Shown here: positions 12,365-25,409 of the stretch, one piece after another | Numbering within the stretch: position 1 is the first letter of the stretch | Layout of the letters: each line of letters begins with the position of its first letter | NCBI RefSeq assembly: GCF_009914755.1 | Contig: NC_060928.1 | Direction: 5' to 3' (one strand) | DNA: 64,000 nucleotides | DNA from: the human T2T-CHM13v2.0 reference genome, Homo sapiens | Translations under genes and position numbers: made by a program | Notes under the pieces: model-generated | The model's database searches: none | Seen by the model: only the letters and a program-made list of their open reading frames with translations | Told to the model about the DNA's origin: nothing

Positions 12365-14640
12365 TGTACTGGTCCGTTTTCATGCTGCTGATAAAGACAT
12401 ACTGGAGACTAGGCAATTTACAAAAGAAAGAGGTTTACTGGACTCACAGTTCTATGTCGCTAGGGAGGCCTCACAATCATGGCAGAAGGTGAAAGGCACA
12501 TCTCACCATGGCAGCAGACAAGAGAAAAGAATGAGGAAGAAGTGAAAGTGGAAACCCCTTAAAAAACCATCTGATTTCTCGAGACTTATTTACTACCATG
12601 AAAACAGTATGGGGAGAACCACCTCCATGATTCAATTCTTTCCCACCAGGTCCCTCCCACAACACGTGGGAATTATGGGAGCTATAAGATGAGTTTTGGG
12701 TGGGGACACAGAACTAAACCACGTCATTCCACCACCCCCCCCAGTAAATCTCATGTCCTCACATTTCAAAACCAATCATGCCTTCCCAACATGTTTAATT
12801 CATTTCAGCATCAACTCAAAAGTCCGTAGTCCAACATCTCATCTGAGATAAGACAAGTCCCTTCTGCCTACGAGCCTGTAAAATCAAAAGCAAGTTAGTT
12901 CCTAGATACATTGGCAGTACAGGCATTGGATAAATACAGCAATTCTCAATGGGAGAAATTGGCCAAAACAAAGGAGATACAGGCCGCATGCAAGTCCGAA
13001 ATCCAGCAGGGCAGTCAAATCTTAAAGCTCCAAAATGATCTTCTTTTACTCCATGTGTTGCTTGTGGGTCAAACTGAAGCAAGAGGTGGATTCCCACAGA
13101 GCCCCATGACTCTGTGGCTCTGCAGGGTATAGCCTCCCCCCCTGGCTGCTTTCACAGGCTGGTGTTGAGTGTGGCTTTTCCAGGCATGTGGTACAAGCTG
13201 TTGGTGGATCTACCATTCTGGGGCTGGAGGGCAGTGGCCCTCTTCTCACAGCTTCACTAAGGGATGCCCCAGTAGGGACTCTGTGTGGTGGCTCCGACCC
13301 CACATTTCCTTTCCTCACTGCTCTAGCAGAGGTTCTCCATGAGAGCCCTGCCCCTGCAGCAAACTTCTGTCTGGACTTCCAGGCATTACCATACATCCTC
13401 TGAAATCTAGGCAGAGGCTTCCAAGCCTCAGTTCTTGACATCTGTGCACCTGCAGGCTGCTAGAAACGCTAGACCATATGGAAGATGCCAAGGCTTGGAG
13501 CTTGTATCCTCTGAAGCCATGGCCCAAGCTGTACCTTGGCCCCGTTTAGTCATGGCTGGAGTGGCCGGGACAGAGAGCACCAAGTCCCTAGACTGCACAC
13601 AGCAGAAGGAGCCTGGGCTCAGTCCACAAAACAATTTTTTCCTCCTAGGCCTCCAGGCTTGTGATGGGAAGCCCTGCCGTGAAGACCTCTGACATGCCCT
13701 GAAGACATTTACCCCATTGTCTTGGGGATGAACATTCAGCCCTTCATTACTTATACAAATCTCTGCAGCCAGCTTGAATTTCCCCTCAGAAAATGGGATT
13801 TTCTTTACTATTTTATTGTCAGGCTGCAAATTTTCTGAACTTTTATGCTCCGCTTCATTTATAAAACTGAATGCATTTGACAGCATCCAAGTCACTTCTT
13901 GAATGCTTTGCTGCTTAGAAATTTCTTCTACCAGATACCCTAAGTCATCTCTCTCAAGTTTGAAGTCCCACAAATCTCCATGGCAGGGGCAAAATGCTAC
14001 CAGTTTCTTTGCTGAAACTTAACAAGAGTCACTTTTGTTCCAGTTCCCCACAAGTTCCTCATCTCCATCTGAGACCACCTCAGCCTGGACTTTATTGTCC
14101 ATATCACTATCAGCATTTTGGGCAAAGCCATTCAACAAGTCTCTAGGAAGTTCCAAGGTTTCCCACATTTTCCTATCTTCTTCTGAGCCATCCAGACTAT
14201 TTCCAACCTCTGCCTGTTACCCAGTTCCAAAGTCACTTCCATGTATTCGGGTATAATTTCAGCAGCATCCCACTCTACTGGGACCAATTTGCTGTATGTT
14301 TTCATGCTGCTGATAAAGGCATACCTGAGACTGGGAAGAAAAATAGGTTTAATGGACTTACGGTTTCATCTGGCTGGGGAGGCCTTACAATCATGTCAGA
14401 AGGCAAGGAGGAGCAATTCATGTCTTACAGGGATGGTAGCAGGCAAAGAGAGCCAAATGAAAGGGGTTTCTCCTTATAAAACCATCACATCTTATGAGAC
14501 GTATTTACCACCACAGGAACAGTATGGGGAGAACTGCCCCCATGATTCAATTATCTTCCCCCGGTCCCTCCAAAAACATGTGGGAATTATGGGAGCCGCA
14601 GGATGAGATTTGGGTGGGGACACAGAGCTAAACCATATCA
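12365..14640 (-). mobile_element. Full-length THE1 (THE1C/D-like) MaLR provirus: LTR-internal-LTR
   Basis: TG...CA-bounded LTRs at 12365-12726 and 14293-14640, ~1.57-kb internal region, 5-bp TSD CTGGG (12360-12364 and 14641-14645). Confidence 0.96.
13428..13973 (-). pseudogene. Remnant of the MaLR/THE1 internal ORF
   Basis: LERDDLGYLVEEISKQQSIQEVTW...ENLQPD...KIPFSEGKFKLAAEICISNE is the characteristic THE1-int ORF translation; frameshifted downstream. Confidence 0.85.
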
Positions 14641-14739
14641 CTGGGTTACAGAATGAGATCCAGTCTCAAACAAAACACATGCAGAATATAGCATGCCACA
14701 ATTAGGAGAAGTCTTCCCACTAGTCTTCATATTAGTCCC

Positions 14740-15075
14740 AAGGTTGCATTTATGTATGTTCATGCTCAAAACTGATTGGAAACCCTTGAAAGAGCCCAGA
14801 AAACAAATACAATGAAAAACCGAATTATTGGAAAATAAACTTTATACAGGAGACTAAAGAAATCGGTGTTACTTTGTTATTAAAATATATTCAGAGTAGA
14901 CAATAACCACCTCCAGCTCCATAAGAATTCAACAGAGAAGATGAAAGGAAGAGTCTCAGAAACCTGAAGAAGCAAGAGCTCTGTTAGGAATCCACTAGCT
15001 TTTGAAGCTGTAATTGTGAGTGTGGGTCATTGTGACTTCTTCTCCAAATATCTACTGCAAGTCTGGGCAAACCTA
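14740..15075 (+). mobile_element. Probable L3/CR1 3' remnant
   Basis: GGAAAATAAACTTTATACAGGAGACTAAAGAAATCGGTGTTACTTTG resembles the CR1 (S)YEERLKELG.FSL block. Confidence 0.4.
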
Positions 15076-18000
15076 TGCAGCAAATGATATGATCTTTTTG
15101 TATTATTATTATTCATGTGCTTATTTGACAGGCAAGGCGTGGGTCTGCACATGTGTGTGTGAGAAATCTGTCAATGGGATACATTTCTTTCTGAAACCTA
15201 GAAATTATCTTTGTGGAGTCAAATATTCCTTCTCTATGTGAGTTAGAAAAAAAGATCCTAATGGGTGTTTTAGCTGGGTGCCTCGCCTCTCCCAAATACC
15301 TGAATCTGTATACACACATAGATTTCAATTACTTTTTACCCTTTAGATTATCGGAAACAAATACTGGTTGCATGTGAGTAAAATCTTGCACTAGATATGT
15401 GTATTGTACTTCTAGAAAACTGAAGGTGTAGCTCTCTATTTTGGATATGTAAATATAATAACGTTGAATGTCTACACTGACCTGCAACAGGATTTTGGGA
15501 GAGATTGCAATCCTTACACATGGAAATATGGAATAAGATAAACATCTCTTCTGTATTATCTTAAGGAATTTTTCTCACAAATAAAGACTTTGATTGCTCC
15601 CTAAATAGTAATTAAAATTAAAAACTGAGACTATATTAAAGTGTGGGTTAAATGAGAGCCCATGCAGAAGGCTAGGGCACACATTTGCTTATGTCTGGAG
15701 GTTATGATGGGGTTACTTTTACATTTGAGCACAAGGTAGATCTGTTCTCTATTCTAATAGGCCTGTTGGCCATAATATTTTACTCATTTTCAGCTGTAAT
15801 AAGCTTTTGAATATCTGAAGCTACAAGGTTTGTGTTTTCTCATCCAATTTGTTTTAGACCAAGGACACTCTGATGGGGAAAGGTATAAAACAGTTCACAG
15901 GAGACTTTCAATATTAGTTTCCTCGCACCTGCAGTTTTTGAAAAATAATCTTTTTTTCTAAAAATAAAAGTGAAAAGTTTATAAAGACCTTAGGAACTGA
16001 TTTTTTCCCCACCTCAACCAATTTATAGGATTGAACTGAGCACTCTGGAAGTAGGGGGTAAAGCAAAAACTTGCTTTAGGAGATTTAACAAGCATTTGTC
16101 AATGAAAACATATTTTTGTACATTTTTCCCCTCTTCAATGGTTTATTGAAAAGCCCATTGGGTTGAGTATATAAATGCTTATAGTAAATGTTTTTCTTTG
16201 CTACTCCAATCATATCCCTCAAAGTTTAAGCATTACATTTAACCCTTTCTCTGGTTCTATGCTTGCTTTGGATTTAGTTCTATACTGTTTTCTTTATATT
16301 ATCTTAATTGGTGAATGGGAACACAACTGACCAAGGACATGCCACATAGCCTTGACTTACCCCCCTTTATATAGAATTTAGATCTTCTGTAATCTTACAA
16401 CCTAGAGTCTGGATATGTTTCTGAGCATCATCAGCCCAGGACTTTGGTACCCATCCTGCAGTTTGTTTTGTGATTCCTTGAAAAATCTGCCATGGCACCC
16501 TGGAAATTCTGAGGATCCAAAGGACCAAACAAGGCCCAGTTCCCCAAACCTGTATGTGTGCATATAGTTCAATACTCTTATTAGGATTATTGGCATGCCC
16601 CTTGCCTGTCAAAGAAAGACTCTTAGGACTACAAGGTGAAGTTGATTTATGTGTTCATACATCATCTGTCTGAAAATCTCGGCATTTACTTCATCCTACC
16701 ATGATGCAGAAACAAAATACTTTATTCCTGACTACCTATCTGCAATCCTTTAAAAAGAATGAGTGTGTTATTTTTCTGTATGTATTTCTAATTGGCTTAG
16801 AAATAATACTGACATGAAATCCTTAGTGTAATGAGAAAGCATGAAGTGGATAGTTTCATGTATGATGCTCAGTGCCTAGATATTGTGCAAGTTAGGACAG
16901 AAAAGTGCATTAATCAGTTCCTCAAAAATTCACAGTCTAATTAGGGAGATTAAAAAAATGCATATGCTCAAAAGCAAGAAATGGCATCTTTTAGCTTTCT
17001 ACTCTTTGATTTGAGCCAGTCCTTTATTGTATCATTGAAACTGTTTAAATTTACCTTAATGTAGGGGAGCAAAAGCCCCACATTCTTCACTACCTACATA
17101 TTAGATCTCAAGCATTGATTCTCATGATATCTGTAGGAAATGTGCCATGTATTTGCCATTAGAACAAAATGATGCAGAGGCATTTTACACTATTTGGGTG
17201 AGGGCTTAAAAATATTCTAAAGTAGCAAAGTAACGAGGTACTGGGAACCATATATTTCATTTGATATGTAACAAAAGAAAAGAAAAGCACGTGTTATAAA
17301 ACTCCAACCTAAATCAGTAATTATGACTAATTAGTGATGCTTAGTAACACGATAAATTGCAATAGCCAAACACAGAGTAGGTAGACAAATATTATTTTGA
17401 TCTTCTTGAGATTGTAGCAGTGCGGAATTTGTAATAAGGGTTTTATGTCAGTGACTGAAAGAAAAACAGGAAGAAAAAAGAGGAAAAGTGTGCAAATGAT
17501 TACAGGAGAGCAAAGGAGGGGAGAGAAGTACAAACTCCCCGTGGCTTGAAACCTGTTAGGGTGAGAAATTGTTATCTGTGGAAGGTTGAGTAGTTTGGAA
17601 TCTGCTATCCTAATACCAAGCCTTTTGTAGTTAGAATTTATCCACTGGTAAATGAGCTATTTCATTTAAAGTTGGTTTGCCCTACTTTATTAAACAGTGT
17701 TTTCCACGGACATTAAGTTATTGTCATAAAAGCCTTCGAGTGCCTCTCTTTTGGCGTTTCTAGCAGGACTGTTGTCTAAGTTTGGGGCCTGCGGGAGGCA
17801 AATTCAGCAGAGATGTCCAAATACAACTTTACGTACAGAGCATAGCTACCAAATTCCTCCTGGATTTGCCTATTGTTACAGAGAAAGACTTTGTAATTAC
17901 CAAGGGATTATAGCAGAATATGAAAGGGCCTGAAAGCAGCTTTCTTGCAAATCAAGAATGTATTCAGCACAAACTTAGGAAGAGTCAGCTGAGAAGTGAG

Positions 18001-19297
18001 GCAGAAGTGTCTGAAAATGTTAAGGGTTCAAGCAGAAGGGCCTGCCTGAAACTCCTAATTAAAGAAGTAAAAATGACTTTTTAAAGAATGTCAACGTCTG
18101 TCATTTGTATTCTTCACCAATAAAAGGGTCTTCTGAGGATTGTAAATGAGGTGATGGCACTGCCCAAATACCCTGGGTTTGTCCTTCTTTTATACTCCCG
18201 AAGTAGTGAAAATGGAGCTTAATGGTACATAAATAAAAATAATTAAATAGAAGATAGTGGTACTGGTGCATTACCTGAATTAATATACAAGATTAAGAGG
18301 CCAATAACCCAAAAACAACTTTGTTATTTTGGTGTTTTCTATAAATTAGATGACGCTCTCAGAGTAGAATGAAATATAGCTTTCACTCTACCATTTTGAT
18401 TCCAAATTTAAAAATAAAACATTTCTTATGGGTGATGTTTCTGGTATTCTCTTTGACATATGGTTTCAGCACATGTTCATGTTGAAACAAGCCAGATTAT
18501 CAGTTACACCTCTTCTGGGTATGTCTTTTTTAATTTAAGTTTAAAAATTGAGCTATTTTTCTTATTGATTTCATAACCAAAACTAGAAACAGTGATTAAT
18601 TAGCACGTGTTAATTTTTGTATCCTTAGGTTATCTCTTGTAGAAATTTTGACAAATGCTTGGAGCAATGAGCCATATCACATTGAGAGCCCATAACAATT
18701 TGCAAAGCTGTTTCAGATAGGGTGATTTTGTTGGGGGGACAGTGGCAGGGAATTGGATAAATTGAATTTGAAAGAGAGAACCAGGCAGAGAGAACTCCAC
18801 TTGTGGCTAACAAATATGATTTCTTTTAAGGAATAAAAGGCATGTGCCACAGGGCCTCCTAAAATGTTGCATATTTTACTTGCCACCATTTGATTAATAG
18901 GGATTTAGAGAGAAAACCAGAAAAAAAAACCTCTCATTCCTTGGTAGTAATTACCCTTCCTGTGATCATTGGAGAGCCAGGGTTCTAATCATCCTATTAC
19001 CATTTGGTCTTCTTTTCCTTTCCTTGGCTGGGCACTGCCAGTGGTCCCATCCCCTCCCTTTACTGATCCCATTCAAAGCTCACTTGCAACCCTCAATGTC
19101 TGACTTTCCCCCAAGTACTGCAAACCACAATGGTCTCCCGCTTGTTAGAGCTTATTCAGAAATGCTGTTTTCTTTTACCAATCACTTGTCACTTAAGCAG
19201 ATACAACCTGCCCCCCGTCACTGTTTCACATATATAAACCTTGTCTGTCTTCTATTGAGGACAAAACCATGTCTTAGCTCTGATATTCTCTAGGGCA

Positions 19298-19892
19298 CTA
19301 TTGCCCTATAGAAATATACTATAAATTGCATGTGTAATTTTAAATTTCCTAGTAGCCACATTTTAACAAGAAAAAACAAGTGAAATTAATTTTAATATAT
19401 ATACTTAATACCTCTAAAATATTATTTTAAAATGTAATCAACATAGAAATTGTTAATGAGATAGTTTACATTCTTTTTTATGATGTCTTCAAAAGCTGGT
19501 ACTTTTTTTTTTTTTTTTTGAGATAGAGTCTTGCTCTGTCTCTCAGGCTGGAGTGCAATGGCGTGATCTCGGCTCACTGCAAGCTCCTCAGCTCCGCCTC
19601 CTGGGTTCATGCCACCCTCCTGCCTCAGCCTCCCAAGTAGCTGGGACTACAGGTTCCCGCCACCACGCCCGGCTAACTTTTTGTATTTTTAGTAGAGATG
19701 GGGTTTCACCATGTTAGCCAGGATGGTCTCGATCTTCTGACCTCATGATGGAACCACCCGCCTCAGCCTCTGAAAGTGCTGGGATTACAGGCGTGAGCCA
19801 CTGCGCCTGGCCAAAAGCTGGTATGTATTTTATATTCACAGAATATCTCAATTCAGACTAGCCAAATTTCAAGTGCTCAAAAATCATATGTG
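19298..19892. mobile_element. MER33 (hAT-Charlie) DNA transposon interrupted by an Alu
   Basis: TGTAATTTTAAATTTCCTAGTAGCCACATT...ATCTCAATTCAGACTAGCCAAATTTCAAGTGCTCAA. Confidence 0.88.
19503..19812 (-). mobile_element. AluY/AluSc-like, full length
   Basis: GTTAGCCAGGATGGTCTCGATC diagnostic; perfect TSD AAAAGCTGGTA at 19491-19501 and 19813-19823. Confidence 0.96.
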
Positions 19893-20298
<406 letters not shown>

Positions 20299-20304
20299 TC
20301 AGAT

Positions 20305-20460
20305 GATTTGCAACTCAGCCCCATCCCTACCACTATTTTAATATTTGTGGCCTAAGTATTTGAACTCTTTGAGCCTTGGTCTCCTCCTTTGCAAATGGAG
20401 GGTAAGAATTCCCAAGGCTGTTGTGATTATTAACATGCAGAAGTAACATAAATTGAAAGC
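20305..20460 (+). mobile_element. MIR
   Basis: CTCTTTGAGCCTTGGTCTCCTCCTTTGCAAATGGAG...GGCTGTTGTGATTATTAA. Confidence 0.7.
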
Positions 20461-20502
20461 ATCAGACAAGGGGATAATATTATTACTGTATATATTTGTT
20501 AT

Positions 20503-20630
20503 TATTTTTATATAGAGATGAGGTTTCGCAGTGTTGCCCAGGCTGGTTTTGAACTACTGGCCTCAAAGGATCCTCCTGCCTCTGTCTCCCAATTTGCTGG
20601 GATTACAGGCATGAGCCACTGTGCCTGGCC
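20503..20630 (-). mobile_element. FLAM_C / free Alu left monomer
   Basis: Only the left monomer is present: AGAGATGAGGTTTCGCAGTGTTGCCCAGGCTGG...GAGCCACTGTGCCTGGCC. Confidence 0.9.
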
Positions 20631-21924
20631 CTATTTCTGCATTTAGATACTAATATAGCCAAACATGATGAAGAGATCATTGAGTCATGGATGGTAACAG
20701 AGTCTTCTGCCCATTTTTGAAGGATACTTTTTTTAACTTTTCCCATATTAAAGGAAAAGTGATTCCATATCAATGCACTGTTACATTCAAACTTAAATAT
20801 CACCACATCACCACGTGTATGAATCCTCATTGATATATAGGGTTGTAAAAATAATAGTATAGGAAAACTACAGAAGTTGTGTATTAATTAGCAAATTATG
20901 ATATAATTGTGGAAATTTTAAAATATAACTTCACCTGGCCTCTTAAAACTGTGTGTGTAAAGTTCTTTTGAAAGCTTTGTTAAGACGTTAGCAAGAGCAT
21001 TTCTGATTTTTCAAAAAACAAACTAGTCCACATGTATTTGGCAGGTTTACAGCATTATTAATAACTTTACTGTTTGGCAGGGAGGCATCCTAATGAAAAA
21101 TAATTTCTAAATGGTATAAGACTCCATGATTCCCATCCAATTATTGGTCTGGACCTAAGTATGCTTCTAACTTAGAAAGTGACACTGGGCTTAGTACAAC
21201 TTCATTCTGTTGTTTGGGTTAAGCGACTTGCTCTCCCTTGGAAGATATCCAGAAGCTACAGCCGGGGCAGAATGTGGGGTCGTTTGGCTACTGTGGATGG
21301 AGCTGCAGGGAGCACATTCCATCAGTACTGTGCATTCAATACCGCCTGCCTATTTGCTTCTGAGTGCAATAGTCTATGGTCTATAAAGCACTAAATGGTT
21401 GGGTCTTCACCACTGAGAGATCAGTCTTCCTTCCTGGGCAACTTCAGGGCAATTGAGATCAGCTGGTGGTCTGCTGCTCCTAGCTTCCAGCTTCCATCTA
21501 CAGGGAACCAGAGGCAGGGACTCTTCCAAGGAAAGCCCTCACTTAGGAAACGCCTTGCCTTCCATTAGCCAACAAAGAACTAATCTGGGAATATTTAGAG
21601 CATGGCAGGGAGCCCATCTTTTAAGCAGAGTTGAAAAGCAGAAATTTCTGCTCTTTCAAAAGAACAATGCATTCAATGAGAACGCTCTCACATTCATTAA
21701 AGCCTCATATTCAAATAATCCAAACAGTACATTTTCTCCTTTCTTCCCTTCAAATCTTGAGTACTTACTGGCTTACTTCTCTAGTTCCTTTGTTTGGCCA
21801 TTTTCTCACTGCTCTCCTCCCTTGTAGAGGCTAAAAGATTGAATGAGAAAAAGATTTTAATGCTTGTTACTGTTTTTGAAGTTTACAACTTTAGATTTGA
21901 CCTAATATGAACACCCTTATACAT

Positions 21925-22665
21925 ATTCATTTATTTATATATTCACCCTGCAAATATGAATCAAAGCCTGCTATATGCCAGCACATAGATCGATGTTTCA
22001 GATATAGTAGAAAACAAATAAACAAAACCCTGGCCTTTGAAGAGGATATGGCTTATTTAGAAAAAGAGAAAATAAACAAATACATATATGTAACATCAAA
22101 AGTGTGTAAGCGCTATGAAGAAAAATAAAACAAGAAGGAATGAGAAATTTGACTTTTATATAAAATGATCTGGGATGATGTCCCTGGAGAGGTGATATTT
22201 GGCCAGACAGCTAAATGACGTCAGAGGCGTGAGCAATACAAGTATATGGGTGGTCACCAAGTGCAAAGGTGCTAAGGCTGACTCATGCTTGGTATGCTAT
22301 AGTGAAAAGAAAAGAAGTAGGATTGGTGAGGAATGCAGCCAGGGTTAGGTCACTGAAGACTTTTAGGCGTAGGAACCACATTTCATTTTACTCTAAATGT
22401 GATGGGAGATGTTATACGGTTTCCAGTAGGAATGCTGCTCTGATCTGTGATGAAAATGATCTCTGAAGAATAGTCTCTACAGGTGAGACAGAACTATAGC
22501 CCATCAGGGTCAACAAGGTGAGAAGGAATGGTCCCGTTGGTCCTGGGTGCTGAGTAGTGAGATTCCGGATGTATTTTAAAGGAATACTCAACTAGATTTG
22601 CTGATGGATAGGATGCAAGATTTGAGGGAAAGGAAAGAGTAAAGGATGACTCCAAACGTTTTGTC
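21925..22665 (-). mobile_element. L2 (L2a-like)
   Basis: AAGCGCTATGAAGAAAAATAAA...GATTTGCTGATGGATAGGATG...GAGTAAAGGATGACTCCAA. Confidence 0.85.
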
Positions 22666-22983
22666 AGAAAGTTAATTAATAGATATTCTTTGGAGAACTG
22701 TTAGGCAGTTTTACATAGATGTACTAGGAGCTAAGTAATTTCAACCTATAACAATGCTTACAAAAGAGAAATTAGGAGTTACCATTATCCAATTTGCAAT
22801 AGGAATGACCATACAGTTTCTTTTAATAGCAAGATCCTTTAGTACAGTTAAAGTGTGATTCAATTATTATAAAATCCATATAGAAAGAATTATTTGGGAA
22901 CATAAGTAAAATCCACCTGCATTTAGTGTTGGGAGAGAATGGCCAAAGGCGTGGCCTCCCCTGCCATCTAAGGGCACAACATT

Positions 22984-23109
22984 AAGGTGATCACGCATAA
23001 CTGTTGGCCGAAGGACAAGATGTCTACTGCCTTGGCACAAGTGACACTCACACTTCTTTGCATTCTTGAAAGTGTCTTAGTTTGGACAGTAAATTACATG
23101 CTTAACCCT
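22984..23109. mobile_element. MER94-like (hAT-Blackjack) MITE
   Basis: AAGGTGATCA...AAAGTGTCTTAGTTTGGACAGTAAATTACATGCTTAACCCT matches the recalled MER94 termini and its ~130-bp length. Confidence 0.6.
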
Positions 23110-23865
23110 ACAACATAATCTAAATATGAGAAATCAACTCAGCAGCTTAAATTATTTACCATGCAAAAAGTTAGAAAACCTGGAGACATTAATCTAAGAA
23201 GAAATTGGAGGCAAACCATCCCCCCCTGCAGAACTTGATGCCACCAATGAAGATAGCAGGATGACAAAGAATGACATCTCATGTCTACGTGTGTTTATAG
23301 CTGATATAAATTCTACCCTATACTACGTGCTGGATATTCAGATCCGAGTCTACAGTACATGGTTTATATTCCTGATGACTTCAGATTCCTCCTCCAAATC
23401 ACCCCAGTCACCCTAGAATATATTCTTCTATTTTCCACCGGCTACCACTGGATCCCAAACAAATGAGGTAATTCTATCCAATAAGAACAATATAGTTGTA
23501 TTAACAAGGGCAGAAAATTTAAGCCTCTTGGAGATTTTACCTAAGGGGCAAGACCACCAAGATAGGCCTACTGGACCTTTAAGTTGTTAAAAATAATTAA
23601 CAAACAAGCAAACAAATAAATAAAATCACTGGCCCTGGTCTGTGAAGGGCAGTAACCGGTGCCCATGTACTCTGTGGGTTTTCAAACCCTAGTCTCATTA
23701 CCTGCATTCCTGCTTCAGACTCTGGCTTCTCTGAACGTAGCCAAGTCTAATGCTACCCTTCCTTGATGCTGAGCTGTGCTTTGAGCCCCGTCAGTAAACC
23801 ATGAATGACATCCCCTTGCTCAATAATTCCCAGAAAAGGGAGTGGTGTATGCCAAGACATGAATG

Positions 23866-23980
23866 ATTATATTATTATTATTATTACTACCACCACTACT
23901 ATTACAACTACTGCTTACAGGATGATGATGATGGTAAGATTGTAGTCATAGCTACAATAATCCTATCATCATCAACAACA
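23866..23980. repeat. Degenerate trinucleotide low-complexity tract (TAT/TAC/CAC/GAT/ATC)
   Basis: Read directly from the sequence. Confidence 0.85.
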
Positions 23981-25409
23981 ATTTTGATAGCTGTATACAG
24001 TGCAAGAAATAAAAAGAAGTGAGTGATTCAGTTTTTGGCCCTAAAAAGCTATAATGTGCAAATTAGTCACTGCTCATTATATTTGATTGATTCCCATTCT
24101 TTAATGTAAGGGAATTAAAAATTATAATTAAGGCTTAGAAAGGTCTCGTTTTTAGACCAGTAATATTACGTGACATTTTGCCTTTCAGCTTGGGATTTCG
24201 GGAAGTTTATAAATATTACCTTGATAAACTTCACAAAAACTCTCTCAGGTTGTATGCATAAAACTAATTTACTGATAGTTAATGAAGAAAAAAAGCATAC
24301 ATCAAGATCAAATGATCGGCCCCAGTCAAAAATGGCTTTTCTACTCTTGTCTTTCCTCTTGAGTATAATGGAAAAATTCACCAACACACACAAGATTCTG
24401 TGAAGTTTTTCATAAGCATTACACTATTTATCTCAACATAAAAGGGTAAAGCAAGCACAATGTGTTCTAGTAAATAGCTTTCAGGTTAAAATAGTTAGGC
24501 TTACAAAATTCAAAGCACTTTCCTCTAGTCTTCCAACTATTTTATCACCAAGCACAGTATTCTTTCTACTGTTGGAGGGAGAGCAAACCATGGGGTATAC
24601 AAGAGAGACAACTCAACACAACTGTTCTAACATAAAGAAGGTTTTCTACGACTCTCAGTCTAACAAGAAACTAATCATCTATTGTAACTAATTTTCAATA
24701 GTGAAGGTTATCTGGAAGGCAGTCCATGCATTTTATTTTTGGCCATTGAATTTTATTCTAAAGTAGCATTGGGAAATTCCATAAGTAAAAGCACCCTGAG
24801 GTTAATCCATTTTGTATAACGTGGGAGACTTTTAATAAGGCAAACACTGGTTCCCAACTTTATCAGCTTCAATAGTGGGTTTTTATATACTCAGTTGTCC
24901 ACAAAACAGAGTGTACTTGTCCACCTGTACTTTATTTATTTTGATACTATTTCAACTCATTCAGAATAAGTCCCTTTCATAGTGTATATTACCCACAGCA
25001 CAGGTAGCAGAAGATAAAACGACCATGTTGCAATTGATTATAGACTCATTTTCCCTTTCCATGTGGCACTCCTTCTAGGCCTGTTCATACTCCAGACCAT
25101 CTGCTCCCCTTCCCTGCTACCAAATCCCAGGCCTCATCTGCCTTTAGAAGCAATGGGGTAAAACATCCCTTCTAATTTATTGATATCTGTGGATGCTCAG
25201 AGGGTGACCTCTTATCAAGATAGGTGGGGTTTCATGACACATTTCTAAAAGCCTAAAATTAACTCAGATGTCTTGGTCTCCAGTTAGCCTCATGTTCTAT
25301 GTGAGCTTCAACGAGCATCTAGGTTTCTAGAGCATCCTTGATATTTCGCCTGTTAACAGTAGAGGGTACCCCTCAGCAGGGATGCAACTTGTGTCAGATA
25401 CTGCTGTAA

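Noticed and set aside
22216-22223. Perfect CRE TGACGTCA
   Set aside because: Isolated 8-mer inside L2; about one is expected by chance in a window this size
22856-22866. Second DUX4-type motif TGATTCAATTA
   Set aside because: Isolated motif in AT-rich sequence with no promoter context
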